Of a stretch of DNA of 64,000 nt, positions 50,801 to 60,539 are shown one piece after another. The notes under the pieces were generated by a model. It was not told the DNA's origin. It worked only from the letters and a program-made list of their open reading frames with translations, and ran no database searches. Every line of letters begins with the position of its first letter. Position 1 is the first letter of the stretch. Position numbers and translations under genes: made by a program. Origin of the DNA: a virus; the IMG/VR virus record IMGVR_UViG_3300032456_000002, positions 5,726 through 69,725 of that record. One strand, 5' to 3'.

Positions 50801-51393
50801 TAAGTCGCCACATAATGAGTCATCTTGATATGAAGAGGTTTGCAGTGCTTTTCGATCAAGAGAAGAGAATCACTATGACAATCACCAAAAAGATGAATTC
50901 TTTTCTTATGGCTGGGGTAATACAGGGAATAAACCAAAACCTGTCCAATTGCGGCTTTCCATGAGTCAATACGCTTTACCTCTATCACCTCTGTTGATGT
51001 AAGCAGGTCTATGTTTCCAGCGGGTGTCAAAACTTCCCTTTGTCCTCCCACCTCTCTCTTCAGTTCGTTTGTCACGACTGATTCAGTTAGCCTACCCTTT
51101 GGGCGATCGCCTTTGTGTCGAGAGACGGAGGTAAGATAGTCTACCTGCTCCTGTGTGAGTAAGACAAAAGTCGTCTCATTGACCGCCCCTACTGAGTTTG
51201 TGACAGTTCCGATATTAAATCTTAGGTTCCCAAACCTTTGCTCTACTCGCTCTCGATGCTTGCGAATCGTTTTAATAAAGGACTCGTGCTGAATCCCTAA
51301 GCGATCGGCAATTAGCCTGGAGTCTACAAGCAGAGTCCCATCTTGTTCAACAATGGATAGAGCGGTCGAACTTGGTACAATGTTAGAAGTCAT
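50800..51393 (-). CDS. Rha-like N-terminal domain fused to PD-(D/E)XK-like nuclease domain
   Basis: VDSRLIA..LGIQH; G.IDLLT..EVIEVK...WK.AIGQ.LVY. Confidence 0.75.
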   Translation of the reverse strand: MTSNIVPSSTALSIVEQDGTLLVDSRLIADRLGIQHESFIKTIRKHRERVEQRFGNLRFNIGTVTNSVGAVNETTFVLLTQEQVDYLTSVSRHKGDRPKGRLTESVVTNELKREVGGQREVLTPAGNIDLLTSTEVIEVKRIDSWKAAIGQVLVYSLYYPSHKKRIHLFGDCHSDSLLLIEKHCKPLHIKMTHYVAT

Positions 51394-51490
51394 GATTCTA
51401 GTTCTCTTAGATTTGTGGTTAGCCCCAGGTTCCCGCCTGGGCACTCCAGTAATATTAACGCAAATACCCACAGCAAAAGCACGAACAAGA

Positions 51491-51898
51491 ATGCCCACCT
51501 TCCCCGCCATCAAACCCGACTATTTCTCAGATATCCAGATGCCCGAATACAAGGGCAAGGATTTGGAATTTGATGATGGCGGGGTGCAGACAGTGCAGAC
51601 GCAGTTCCGACCATCAAGGATTTCCTTCTCACTGAAGTATGATTACTTGGTTGTGGCTGAAGTGGAAAGCCTAATGAGTTTCTGGCGATCGGTCTTTGGC
51701 ACCAATGGACGGTTTGACTTGCCTGACATTGTGTTGAGAATGCCATCGCCCATCGTTACGCAATTCAACCTAAGCAATGCTGGGGGCAATGTGTGGCGGT
51801 TCTCCAGTGCTTATACTTTTACTCCAGTGGTAGCAGATAGGGGTAATGAATGCAGTCGGTATAGCACGATGATTAATATCAGAGGGGAGTTGAGTTGA
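51491..51898 (+). CDS. distal / minor tail protein
   Basis: P.FP.I.P, F.DG.., L.Y..L...E...L..F.....G....F.LP, WRF. Confidence 0.65.
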   Translation: MPTFPAIKPDYFSDIQMPEYKGKDLEFDDGGVQTVQTQFRPSRISFSLKYDYLVVAEVESLMSFWRSVFGTNGRFDLPDIVLRMPSPIVTQFNLSNAGGNVWRFSSAYTFTPVVADRGNECSRYSTMINIRGELS

Positions 51899-52161
51899 TG
51901 GCACTAGAATTTACGATGATTGATCTGAATCTAGAGATATCGGAAAAGGACAATGCAGGGTTAGCAGAAATTTTGAACGAGGCGCAAAACAAAAACCTTT
52001 TACCCACAAGGAATCTTATAGGGTTCTGTTGTCGCAGGGTTGGATGGTATGGTCTTTCGGAAGGATATGGAGATTGGAACTATCCTCACTGTCTTACCAC
52101 GAAAGGTGGGGTGATTCCCTATTCTTTTCGCGGTTTGATCAATGCACTGAAGGGGAGTTGA
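51895..52161 (+). CDS. small hypothetical protein
   Basis: ORF between two tail genes. Confidence 0.45.
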   Translation: MMALEFTMIDLNLEISEKDNAGLAEILNEAQNKNLLPTRNLIGFCCRRVGWYGLSEGYGDWNYPHCLTTKGGVIPYSFRGLINALKGS

Positions 52162-52165
52162 TCTA

Positions 52166-52636
52166 ATGTCTATCAACCAATCCTCTCTAGTCAAAATAGG
52201 CTTGCGCATCGAGCTAAGATTCCCATCTGGCTCCAAACTTTACTACCAGAATTACAACCCCACAGCCTTACTCATTGGTGGCAAAACCCATCAACCGCTA
52301 TCAATGGACTATGCTGGGGTGCCAAACTTTTTAGAGCTAGACAATACAGGTATCACCGCCACACTGCCTAACTCTCCAATAATTCGAGACTTATTCCAAT
52401 CTAATAATGGACTCAGGAAAACTATCGTCATCTTGACCCAAATATTCATTGACCAACCGGGGGCTGTCCCTATCCGTAGCCTGCTACAAGTGCGGGCTTC
52501 GAGTGTGGACTATCCTAGTATCTCGCTGGAACTGGAGAGTCCTTTGGATGCGATCGGTGGGCAGATTCCGAATAAATACTTTGTAGAGAAAGACTTCCCA
52601 GAGTTGCCGACTAGAGTGGATGCGAATATCCGCTAA
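52166..52636 (+). CDS. minor tail / hub protein (gpL-like)
   Basis: L.SPLDA....IP...F....FP.LP. Confidence 0.65.
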   Translation: MSINQSSLVKIGLRIELRFPSGSKLYYQNYNPTALLIGGKTHQPLSMDYAGVPNFLELDNTGITATLPNSPIIRDLFQSNNGLRKTIVILTQIFIDQPGAVPIRSLLQVRASSVDYPSISLELESPLDAIGGQIPNKYFVEKDFPELPTRVDANIR

Positions 52637-53313
52637 TCCTCAAACTCAATCACACAAAGGCAATTCCCACGGCAGCTACAAGCCACCCCAATGGGAATAA
52701 TATCACTCAGGTTCACCACGCCCCGGGATGCATAAGTGACGCACTCACTGCAATGATCTCCACCGATCGCCAATACCCTTTTTCCCCGCCTCACCCCGCG
52801 CTTTTTGGCTTCATTCAATTCGGCAGTGGAATACGAAATCACTCCGCTTTGGGCATAAAGTCCTAGCCTAGCTTTTAGTTGCGCTGGAGACACTTTACCT
52901 GCCTTCCATTCGGCTGCTAGATGTTTGATGCCGAATGGTTTGCCATCTTCACCCCGACCTTTGTAGAGTTGCCGCTTGATAGTTTCCTGCACTTTATCCC
53001 AATCGCTCTGGGTCATTTTATCGCGCCCACCCTTACCCAACACTGCACTCGCAATATGGATACGCCTCAAATTATTGCCCGCTTCCCTTTGGAACTCTGG
53101 CAGGGTAATAGAGCGAGTAGAAAGGCGATCGCCCAATGTCCCTAACTCTACCTTTTGGCGATCGAGGTAAAGGCGAGTTTGATTCAGTACCGCAGCTCTG
53201 GAAATGAAAGAACCTTTGCCCGCACCAGTGGCTACTCGGAAGCGCCCTGATTTTGGGTCAAAAGAGAAGTCGTCGGTGTCGAGGTGGAGAGTGTTGGGGA
53301 GGGTGGTGAGCAT
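52633..53313 (-). CDS. minor head morphogenesis protein (Mu gpF-like)
   Basis: HCSEC...P.G..CSC..NC.C C-terminus. Confidence 0.7.
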   Translation of the reverse strand: MLTTLPNTLHLDTDDFSFDPKSGRFRVATGAGKGSFISRAAVLNQTRLYLDRQKVELGTLGDRLSTRSITLPEFQREAGNNLRRIHIASAVLGKGGRDKMTQSDWDKVQETIKRQLYKGRGEDGKPFGIKHLAAEWKAGKVSPAQLKARLGLYAQSGVISYSTAELNEAKKRGVRRGKRVLAIGGDHCSECVTYASRGVVNLSDIIPIGVACSCRGNCLCVIEFED

Positions 53314-53437
53314 GTTTGACGTTAACGCAAAAAATGAGTGTTTTAGCGAGGGAGTGGTAAGATTTAAGGGCGCGATCGCCATTCCTTAGAAGAAGAGCGA
53401 TCGCTGACCACAGACCTATTATTGCTAGGAATTGGCT

Positions 53438-54190
53438 ATGAGTATTGTACCTTTTGATTTCAATGGTTTTGAGCTTCGGACTTTAGGAACATGGGATGCA
53501 CCGCTTTTTGTGGCTGCGGATGTTTGTAAGATTCTGGAGATTAAGAATGTTTCGATGGCTTGTGAGTGCTTGGATGAAGATGAAAAGGGCATCTATAGCG
53601 TCAAGACTCATGGAGGGGGGCAAGACGCGCTCTGTGTTACAGAGCCTGGGCTGTACCGCCTTGTATTTAAATCTCGCAAGCCGATAGCAAAGGTTTTCCA
53701 AAAATGGGTGTTCTCCAAATTGCTGCCATCTATTAGAACCCAATCTCTTTCGGGTGATTGGGTCATCAAAAAGCTCAACGAGATACAAGAGTCGCAGTCT
53801 GAATTAATAGAGATTGCATCAGCCTCAATGGAGTCAGTGTACAGAGACCGTTTAGCCGATCTACTAGCCGGAGCTACTGAGGTGCAATCGTATATCAGCG
53901 CTTTTGCCACGCTAGAAGAGAGTGATGTTGCTGTTGCTGTCTTCGCTGACGTCGTGACGGACGTTGCAGTGATTGAAGTGAAATCGTTTGCCTTGTGGAA
54001 ACAAGCACTAGGACAAGCCCTGGTTTACAAGAAATGCATCAAGTTTTCGGAGAAAGAACCGGGGGTATATTTATTTAACTGCCCCAAAGACAATCGGTTG
54101 CGAGACGTGTTTTCTATTTTTGATGAGTATGAAATCGAGTTTTGCTATTACACGTTCACTGGAGAATCTGAAATCAGAAGGATGCTATAA
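53438..54190 (+). CDS. BRO-N domain fused to PD-(D/E)XK-like domain
   Basis: PLFVAADVC.IL, EPGLYRLVFKSRKP.AK.FQKW; DVVTD..VIEVK...WKQALGQ. Confidence 0.85.
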   Translation: MSIVPFDFNGFELRTLGTWDAPLFVAADVCKILEIKNVSMACECLDEDEKGIYSVKTHGGGQDALCVTEPGLYRLVFKSRKPIAKVFQKWVFSKLLPSIRTQSLSGDWVIKKLNEIQESQSELIEIASASMESVYRDRLADLLAGATEVQSYISAFATLEESDVAVAVFADVVTDVAVIEVKSFALWKQALGQALVYKKCIKFSEKEPGVYLFNCPKDNRLRDVFSIFDEYEIEFCYYTFTGESEIRRML

Positions 54191-54191
54191 G

Positions 54192-54287
54192 ATGTACCGC
54201 GATCGCTATGACAAAGAACCCGTAAATGATCCGCGATGGGGCACAGTCAACACTTACCCCGATTCGATATTGATGGAGGTTGTTTAG
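54192..54287 (+). pseudogene. orphan antirepressor C-terminus
   Basis: MYRDRYDKEPVNDPRWGTVNTYPDSILMEVV*. Confidence 0.6.
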
Positions 54288-54317
54288 TATGGCTTGATAG
54301 TCCCTAGCCCTCACCAT

Positions 54318-54357
54318 TAAAACAGAACCCTCAGAGCATTTTGAGGGTTCTGTTTTT
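54318..54357. terminator. bidirectional terminator
   Basis: AAAACAGAACCCTCAGAG..TTTGAGGGTTCTGTTTT. Confidence 0.8.
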
Positions 54358-54360
54358 GGG

Positions 54361-57300
54361 CTAAATCCCTATTCCTCCTCGGTAGCTGGGGCTGTTGCGC
54401 ATGGAACGATTCATGCGCTTTTCTGTTTCTTGCGATGTCGCAGTAAGTGATCGACGTAGCTGCTCTTCTGTTACGAAATTTTGCTCGTTGATCCGAGTCA
54501 CCTCGTACTCAACCTTGATAGGTTCCCGACTGCCGCCGCTCTCTGACTTGCTGGAGTAGTCCTTATATGTGGCGCGATCGCTGCCAACCATTCCACCCTT
54601 ATCGAATGACCCCATATTGATTGAACGCATCGTTGCAGATCCGTATTTTTGAACGGACGATCGCTGCATAATGTACTCTCCGGGATTGACCCTAGCAATA
54701 TGCTGATCGGGCTTTCCACTGAACCTACCTGGAATCATTCCGCCGTTGTCGAAACCTCCAAGGGAACCAAACAATGAAACCCCAGTGGAAAGAATAGATC
54801 CAATAGTATCGCCACCGCTTCTGCCAGTCCCTCCACCTAAGATGGCTTCCATAATTCCACCGCCGCCGCTTCTCCCCGATCCTTGGAATGAACTGAAAAG
54901 CTCACTGGATGCCCACTGAAGCCCCATATTCACAAGCTGATTAATGACGGTAGATGAGAAGCTATCAAACGCATCCTCTAGGCTTCCTGTGCCCATGACT
55001 AGAGAAGATATGGAGCTACCCAAGCCTTGAAAAGCTTGGAAGGCGGTGTCATTGATAGTTTGCGCTAAGTCGGGGAACTGCTGGGCTAGGTTCTGGAAAC
55101 TCACCTCAGACAAGGATATGGCTTCTTCTCTCATCTTGGTAAAGACGCTTGGATCAAAGCCAGCGGTACCCAACTGCTGCTGCTCTAGTTGATTGATGCT
55201 AGTGAGTCTAGTTTGCAGTTCACTAACGAGTTCAAGCTTACCTTGAAGGAACTGCAACTGATTCGCTCCAAAGACATCGCCCTGAGTATTCAGGCTCTCC
55301 AGTTGCGCCCCCGTCAAAGCTTGCTCTGACTCTTTATTAAATTGCCTTAGTAGTTCAATCTGTTCAACGTCAATCAGTTGCAGTTTGAGATCTCGATTGA
55401 CAGACAAAGCATCAAGCCTGTCTTTGAGATTATCGAGTTGCCCAGTCGCCACTTCCAATTGCAGTGGATCTATCACCGAGCCAGCCGCCAGAGCTTCAGA
55501 CTTCAGCCTTTCAATACCTCCAGAGATTTTAGCTATCTCACTAACGATCGCTCCTGACTCACTCTCGAAGGAACGGCTCACTTCCATCCGTTGCGATCGC
55601 CCTTGCAACATTGCCGCCAACTGTGGATCTTTGACTAGTCCAGCTTGTTGCTGAATCTGCAAATCTTCAGTCTGCTGACTAAGTGCTTTTAGTTGTTCTC
55701 TACCAGTGGCTTCTAAGTTTTCAATAATGGCATTGCGGCGATCGCTTAGGATGCGTTGTTCTCTATCTCTTGCCACTCCAATTTGATCGATCTGAGATTC
55801 GTATTGAGCGATCGCTGCATCCATGCCAGGGACAAGTTCTTTCAATGGAGCAAGGCTAGGATCATCAAGGATTGTTTGTCTAGTTGCCTTCAAGTTATCC
55901 AGACTATTAGTGGCATCATTGATTGTCAGACTCATTGCTCTGGTGGTAGATTCAACGTCTCTTGAATCTGTGGTGAGTTGTTGAAGTGCGGACGCGATCG
56001 GGCTATCTCCAAACGCCGCTAGGATTGAATCTTGATAGCGTTCGTTGTACTGCCGAGTTTCATCAATCAAAGTCCTTTGAGCTTCTTCTAACTTTTGACG
56101 GCTGGCTTGCATCCTTTGACGCAAGGCGATCGTGCTGCCCTCGTTCTGAGCCTCCATTCGACTCATGATTGAATCGGTTTGCTGGGCAATGGCAGCACCA
56201 TATTGAGTTAAGGCTGGATCGATGGCGCTAGTGTTTGCCCCTGGCGTATTGATAGCCGTTCCGCCTGCACCACCACCGCTAAGCCTACCCGCTAATTCAG
56301 CACTCATTCCTTCCCACTTAGCATAAGCGTCAGGATGCCCCGATCGCTGCGTAGCTTGGGCTGCTTGAGTTACTGACATTGAGCCTCTATTCTGAATATC
56401 AAGTAATCCTGGGTTAGTGCCCGCCCCTTGGAAGAATGACCTGGCAGAATGTTCAGGATTCATGATTTGGGCATTGGTGCCCCAATCCATTGAGGAGCGC
56501 TGTTGGAATAACCCAACAGAATCGCGATCGCCCCCAGTCAGATTTACTAGGCTGGATTCTTGCATTGCTGTGGCGATCGCAATTTGAATATCCCGTGGCG
56601 ATACTCCTAAATCCCGTCCTACTTTGGCAATGATGGCAGCGTTGCGCACTTGTTCTTCATTCAGCGTCACACCGCCATAGTTTCCGGCACCGATAGCTGC
56701 GGAGGAAGCACTCATGGATGTGGCGGGTGGTGTTGATGCATTGCCCACATTTCCACCCGCTGCCGCAAAAGCATTAGGTCGAACAGCGACGAACCCAGTC
56801 ATGTCAAAAGTGTCTAGCGGTCGATGGCGAACTGGGGCGCTTGAAGTAGAACGATCTATCATCATGCCGTTGCCCGTATAGATGCCAGTGTGGGTGATGG
56901 CATCAGCGCCCCAATCGCCTTGATAGGTATTGCGGAATCCAACGATGTCACCCGCCACTAACTTCAACGGGTCTGTAATGATCTCCCCAATGTCTCGTCC
57001 GAATAGGCTATTAGCAAAGCCTGCACTTGTGGCAATCCCATCAACAGGAGCATTCGTCACCCCTAATTCAATTCCCGCCTGACTAAACACATCTCTAACA
57101 AAATTGGCACACTGGGCGGCTACTCCTTCCCTAAATTCTGTACCTTCCCGACCTAGAGCTAATTCTGCAACACTGCCACCCAACGCACTACCACCCATCC
57201 CCGGCACAAAACCATTCCCACCGCTGGCACTATTCCGAATCAGGTCAGACCCTTGCCTACCCGTCTGGGCAAGCTGTTGATTCATTCCCGCGATCGTGCC

Positions 57301-60300
57301 TTTCGCTTCAGTCATTCTCCGCAACGGTTCATGGATGAGGTCAATCATTTCATCCAAACCGCCAATGAAATCTCCAAAGAATCTATCAGAGAATCCTGAT
57401 AGATTGCGTTGAATATCATTCTTAGTATTTTGTATCTGCGTATCTAGATCTTGAGCCTCAATAGTTCTGCCAATCTCAGCTATGCTCTCCCCAATCCCTT
57501 TGACAAAATCACTAATCTCTCTAGTGGTTTGCTTGATAGATTCTTGCGCTTGCTGCTGTGACTCTGCCAATTGCGTAGAGGCTTGAGCCGATTGGGTTTG
57601 TAATTGCTCTAGCTGTGCCTTTTGGGTCTGAGCCTGCTGCAGAATCTTAAATTCTTCTGAATCGCGATCGCCCGAAAAGTCTGCAATGTATTGTCCAATC
57701 TCACTGGAGTTTGAACCACTCGATAAGCCTGATATTCCGAATGCTCTAGATGTGGCGGGACTTTGCAGCAGATTGTTGAGTTGCAGCATTGTGGCATTGA
57801 GCGTTTCAATGCTTTGAATCTGTGTGGCTTGGTCGCTAAGGTTTGACGCGGATTGAGCTTGCCCTGGTGTGAGTTGTCCATTGGTTTGGGCAATGGCGAT
57901 CGCCCCTTGCCTTTGGGCAGAACCTAATGCGTTTTGATTGGAGCGAAACTCTGAAGTGGTATTGATGGCTTGCAGTTGCGACTCTAATCTTGCCGCACCA
58001 GAGATAGCCGTGTTGATGGCTTTGGCGTAACCCTGTAGCCCCTTCTCTCCTTCTGCAATTTTGGCGTTGTTGATATTGAGTTGCGACTGTAATTGCTTTA
58101 AATCAGAAGGGTTAAGGTTCCCCTGACTCATGAGCGCTTCTATTTGCTTATTAGAAGCTTTGTAGCCTTCCACCGCTCTTTTGATTTGAGCAGGCAACGC
58201 ATTGACTTCAGCCGCCAATTGTTCCCGCTCCTTAGTCATGGCTTGGTATTGCTTGTCAATTTCAGCTCTACCCGCATCATCTCCAGACCCCAACATTCCG
58301 CGCTTGGCTTGCAAGTCACGCATCTGAACATCGGCAGCCCGCATTTCTTGAAGCTTGCCACCGCCTTGACTAAACTCCTTCAGGGCTTTCGTCATATCTG
58401 CCATGATGCGATCGTTGGCAGGTGCAGCCGCTTTACTCTGGGCTAAGATATCTCGCCCTTCCTTCTGTTGCCTGGTAACGAAGTTTGGATTACTCGCGTC
58501 GGCGCCTTCGTTATTCCAGAACGATCGATCAAACGGAGAACCTTGAAACTTAGTGCTTCTACCCTGAAGCACTTCAGCTTCACGAAGATACTTAGTTCCC
58601 GCATCACCAAACATCCCAGTAATCGCCCCACCGATCATTGTGTCTTCCGCATAACTCTTAGGTAGACTTTCGACTGATTGTTTGAGCAGGTCTGTCTTAT
58701 CTGTTGCCTCTCCAATGATTCTTAGATATTCTTTTAGCCCGTCTACTGATGATTTGGCGAAGTCTTTGGTGGCTCCCTCGGTTTCGCTAAACTGCATCGA
58801 CAGCATTTTTAAGCCATCCGCGATCGCCACAAAGATTAAAGCTTGGGCAGCCAATGGAGCAAATGCTACAGCCGCCTTCAGCATCGTTCCCGGCAACATC
58901 AAAAGCCCTTTGCTTAATGCTCCAATCCCTACCCCGGCGGTGATGGCATTAATCCCCATCCCCAATAACGCCTTAGTTCCAAACCCGATCGCCGCTGCTG
59001 CGACTACTGGCAATATCACTCCCAACGCCTGCAACGCGACAGTCAAAGCCCCCAACCCGAAACTCTGCACAGGCAACAACGCCTTACCAAAGCTGACCTG
59101 CATGGCATAGATTTCATTATTAAATCTATTCATCGAAGCTTGGGCAGAGTTCGCCGCGCCAGCTACCCCGGTCGAAGTTTCAGATTTTAACTGTGATGCA
59201 AACTTAACCATCGCATCCGTTCCAACCTCACCCCGCTGCAACATGTCATCTAATTGCGTAGACGTGACACCAATAGACCGTGCAAATATCTGGAATGCCC
59301 CTGGCAATACGTCTCCAAGCTGCTGCCGCAATTCTTCTGCCGAAACTTTACCCTTACTTGCCATTTGAGCTAAGGCTCTATTGACGCGATCGGCTTCCTC
59401 TACGTTTAGCCCAAAGACTGCTGACGCTTGTCTTGCCGCACTGCCGATTTGGTCGGTTGCCGCTCCTTCCAATGATGTGCCTTTGGTGGCGGCAGCTAGT
59501 TGCGCTTGACCCGCGATCGCACTCTTAAAGTTGCCACCTAATGCCTTGGCTTCAGCGCTTAATCCTTTCAATGTGTCTTGAGTTTTGGAGGCGCTGCCAG
59601 TGACAAAATTTAGTTGTCGTTCAAACTTTTCAAACTCTAGCCCCGCCATTAAAGCTTGTTGACCTGCATTCGTAATGCCAGTCACGATGCCCTCTAACGC
59701 CTGTATTCCAAAGAATGCAGAGCTTAGTTTTAAGGCTCCAGAAAGCTTGGCGAAACTCCCTTGAGCCGCACCAAATTTCTTCTCTGCATTCTTCAGAAAC
59801 TCATCAATAAAATCATCTGCATCACTGAAGCCATGCAGACCTAACTCGAATCCCTTGCTAACTAGCTGCCCGAACCCTTGGAATACGCGAGATGGCGATC
59901 GAATCCCTAGCTTTTTCTTGGTCGATTTGATTACGACGTCAGCCATGAATCCCGACGCTTGAGCTACAGAAGAGCTACCCGATTTAATGCCATCAATCAA
60001 CCCATCGCTGATAGCCCTACCTGCACTTTTCGCCCCTGCAACATTTGAGCGAGAAGCGCCACCACTCACAGCCCCAATACGAATATTGCCTAAACTCTTT
60101 AACTCCTTCGCCTCCACTACTAACGATCGAATCTTGGACGTTGTGGCATCCAATGTTTTATTAAGCGCAGTTAAGGCGCGATCGTCTACCAACGGACGGA
60201 TCACATTGGACTTAAATAACTGCACTGTCTCTTTGAGATGCTTGCCTAGGTCGGTAAGTTGGCGATCGTCTACCGTGGCTTTAATCTTGATTGCTGTGTT

Positions 60301-60387
60301 TGCCTGACTGCTACCAAACCTCTTAAGGTCTCGCATTACCCCGCTGAGGTCTAAGCCAGTGCCAATCGAAATAGAAGCAATTTCCAT
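54361..60387 (-). CDS. tail tape measure protein with CHAP/NlpC-like and lysozyme-like domains
   Basis: LGI.SPSRVF; QMASKGKV.AEELRQQLG; QCANFV..HTGI; A.QESSL..GDRDSVGLFQQR; GEY.M. Confidence 0.92.
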   Translation of the reverse strand: MEIASISIGTGLDLSGVMRDLKRFGSSQANTAIKIKATVDDRQLTDLGKHLKETVQLFKSNVIRPLVDDRALTALNKTLDATTSKIRSLVVEAKELKSLGNIRIGAVSGGASRSNVAGAKSAGRAISDGLIDGIKSGSSSVAQASGFMADVVIKSTKKKLGIRSPSRVFQGFGQLVSKGFELGLHGFSDADDFIDEFLKNAEKKFGAAQGSFAKLSGALKLSSAFFGIQALEGIVTGITNAGQQALMAGLEFEKFERQLNFVTGSASKTQDTLKGLSAEAKALGGNFKSAIAGQAQLAAATKGTSLEGAATDQIGSAARQASAVFGLNVEEADRVNRALAQMASKGKVSAEELRQQLGDVLPGAFQIFARSIGVTSTQLDDMLQRGEVGTDAMVKFASQLKSETSTGVAGAANSAQASMNRFNNEIYAMQVSFGKALLPVQSFGLGALTVALQALGVILPVVAAAAIGFGTKALLGMGINAITAGVGIGALSKGLLMLPGTMLKAAVAFAPLAAQALIFVAIADGLKMLSMQFSETEGATKDFAKSSVDGLKEYLRIIGEATDKTDLLKQSVESLPKSYAEDTMIGGAITGMFGDAGTKYLREAEVLQGRSTKFQGSPFDRSFWNNEGADASNPNFVTRQQKEGRDILAQSKAAAPANDRIMADMTKALKEFSQGGGKLQEMRAADVQMRDLQAKRGMLGSGDDAGRAEIDKQYQAMTKEREQLAAEVNALPAQIKRAVEGYKASNKQIEALMSQGNLNPSDLKQLQSQLNINNAKIAEGEKGLQGYAKAINTAISGAARLESQLQAINTTSEFRSNQNALGSAQRQGAIAIAQTNGQLTPGQAQSASNLSDQATQIQSIETLNATMLQLNNLLQSPATSRAFGISGLSSGSNSSEIGQYIADFSGDRDSEEFKILQQAQTQKAQLEQLQTQSAQASTQLAESQQQAQESIKQTTREISDFVKGIGESIAEIGRTIEAQDLDTQIQNTKNDIQRNLSGFSDRFFGDFIGGLDEMIDLIHEPLRRMTEAKGTIAGMNQQLAQTGRQGSDLIRNSASGGNGFVPGMGGSALGGSVAELALGREGTEFREGVAAQCANFVRDVFSQAGIELGVTNAPVDGIATSAGFANSLFGRDIGEIITDPLKLVAGDIVGFRNTYQGDWGADAITHTGIYTGNGMMIDRSTSSAPVRHRPLDTFDMTGFVAVRPNAFAAAGGNVGNASTPPATSMSASSAAIGAGNYGGVTLNEEQVRNAAIIAKVGRDLGVSPRDIQIAIATAMQESSLVNLTGGDRDSVGLFQQRSSMDWGTNAQIMNPEHSARSFFQGAGTNPGLLDIQNRGSMSVTQAAQATQRSGHPDAYAKWEGMSAELAGRLSGGGAGGTAINTPGANTSAIDPALTQYGAAIAQQTDSIMSRMEAQNEGSTIALRQRMQASRQKLEEAQRTLIDETRQYNERYQDSILAAFGDSPIASALQQLTTDSRDVESTTRAMSLTINDATNSLDNLKATRQTILDDPSLAPLKELVPGMDAAIAQYESQIDQIGVARDREQRILSDRRNAIIENLEATGREQLKALSQQTEDLQIQQQAGLVKDPQLAAMLQGRSQRMEVSRSFESESGAIVSEIAKISGGIERLKSEALAAGSVIDPLQLEVATGQLDNLKDRLDALSVNRDLKLQLIDVEQIELLRQFNKESEQALTGAQLESLNTQGDVFGANQLQFLQGKLELVSELQTRLTSINQLEQQQLGTAGFDPSVFTKMREEAISLSEVSFQNLAQQFPDLAQTINDTAFQAFQGLGSSISSLVMGTGSLEDAFDSFSSTVINQLVNMGLQWASSELFSSFQGSGRSGGGGIMEAILGGGTGRSGGDTIGSILSTGVSLFGSLGGFDNGGMIPGRFSGKPDQHIARVNPGEYIMQRSSVQKYGSATMRSINMGSFDKGGMVGSDRATYKDYSSKSESGGSREPIKVEYEVTRINEQNFVTEEQLRRSLTATSQETEKRMNRSMRNSPSYRGGIGI

Positions 60388-60539
60388 GAGTCAGCGTCTA
60401 AACGTCCTGAACTTAGTGTAGTTCACGCGCTTAGGAATACTGAGTGTTTTAGCGAGGTGGTGATAAGATTTGAGGGCGCGATCGCATCCTTTGTAGAGGA
60501 AGGCGATCGCTGACCACAGTACTTTAATGAGCAAAGCAA

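Noticed and set aside
13524-60307. Many antisense or nested ORFs (e.g. 14005..14598, 27896..28405, 39586..40179, 58682..59110)
   Set aside because: Shadow ORFs of well-supported genes; no recognisable motifs
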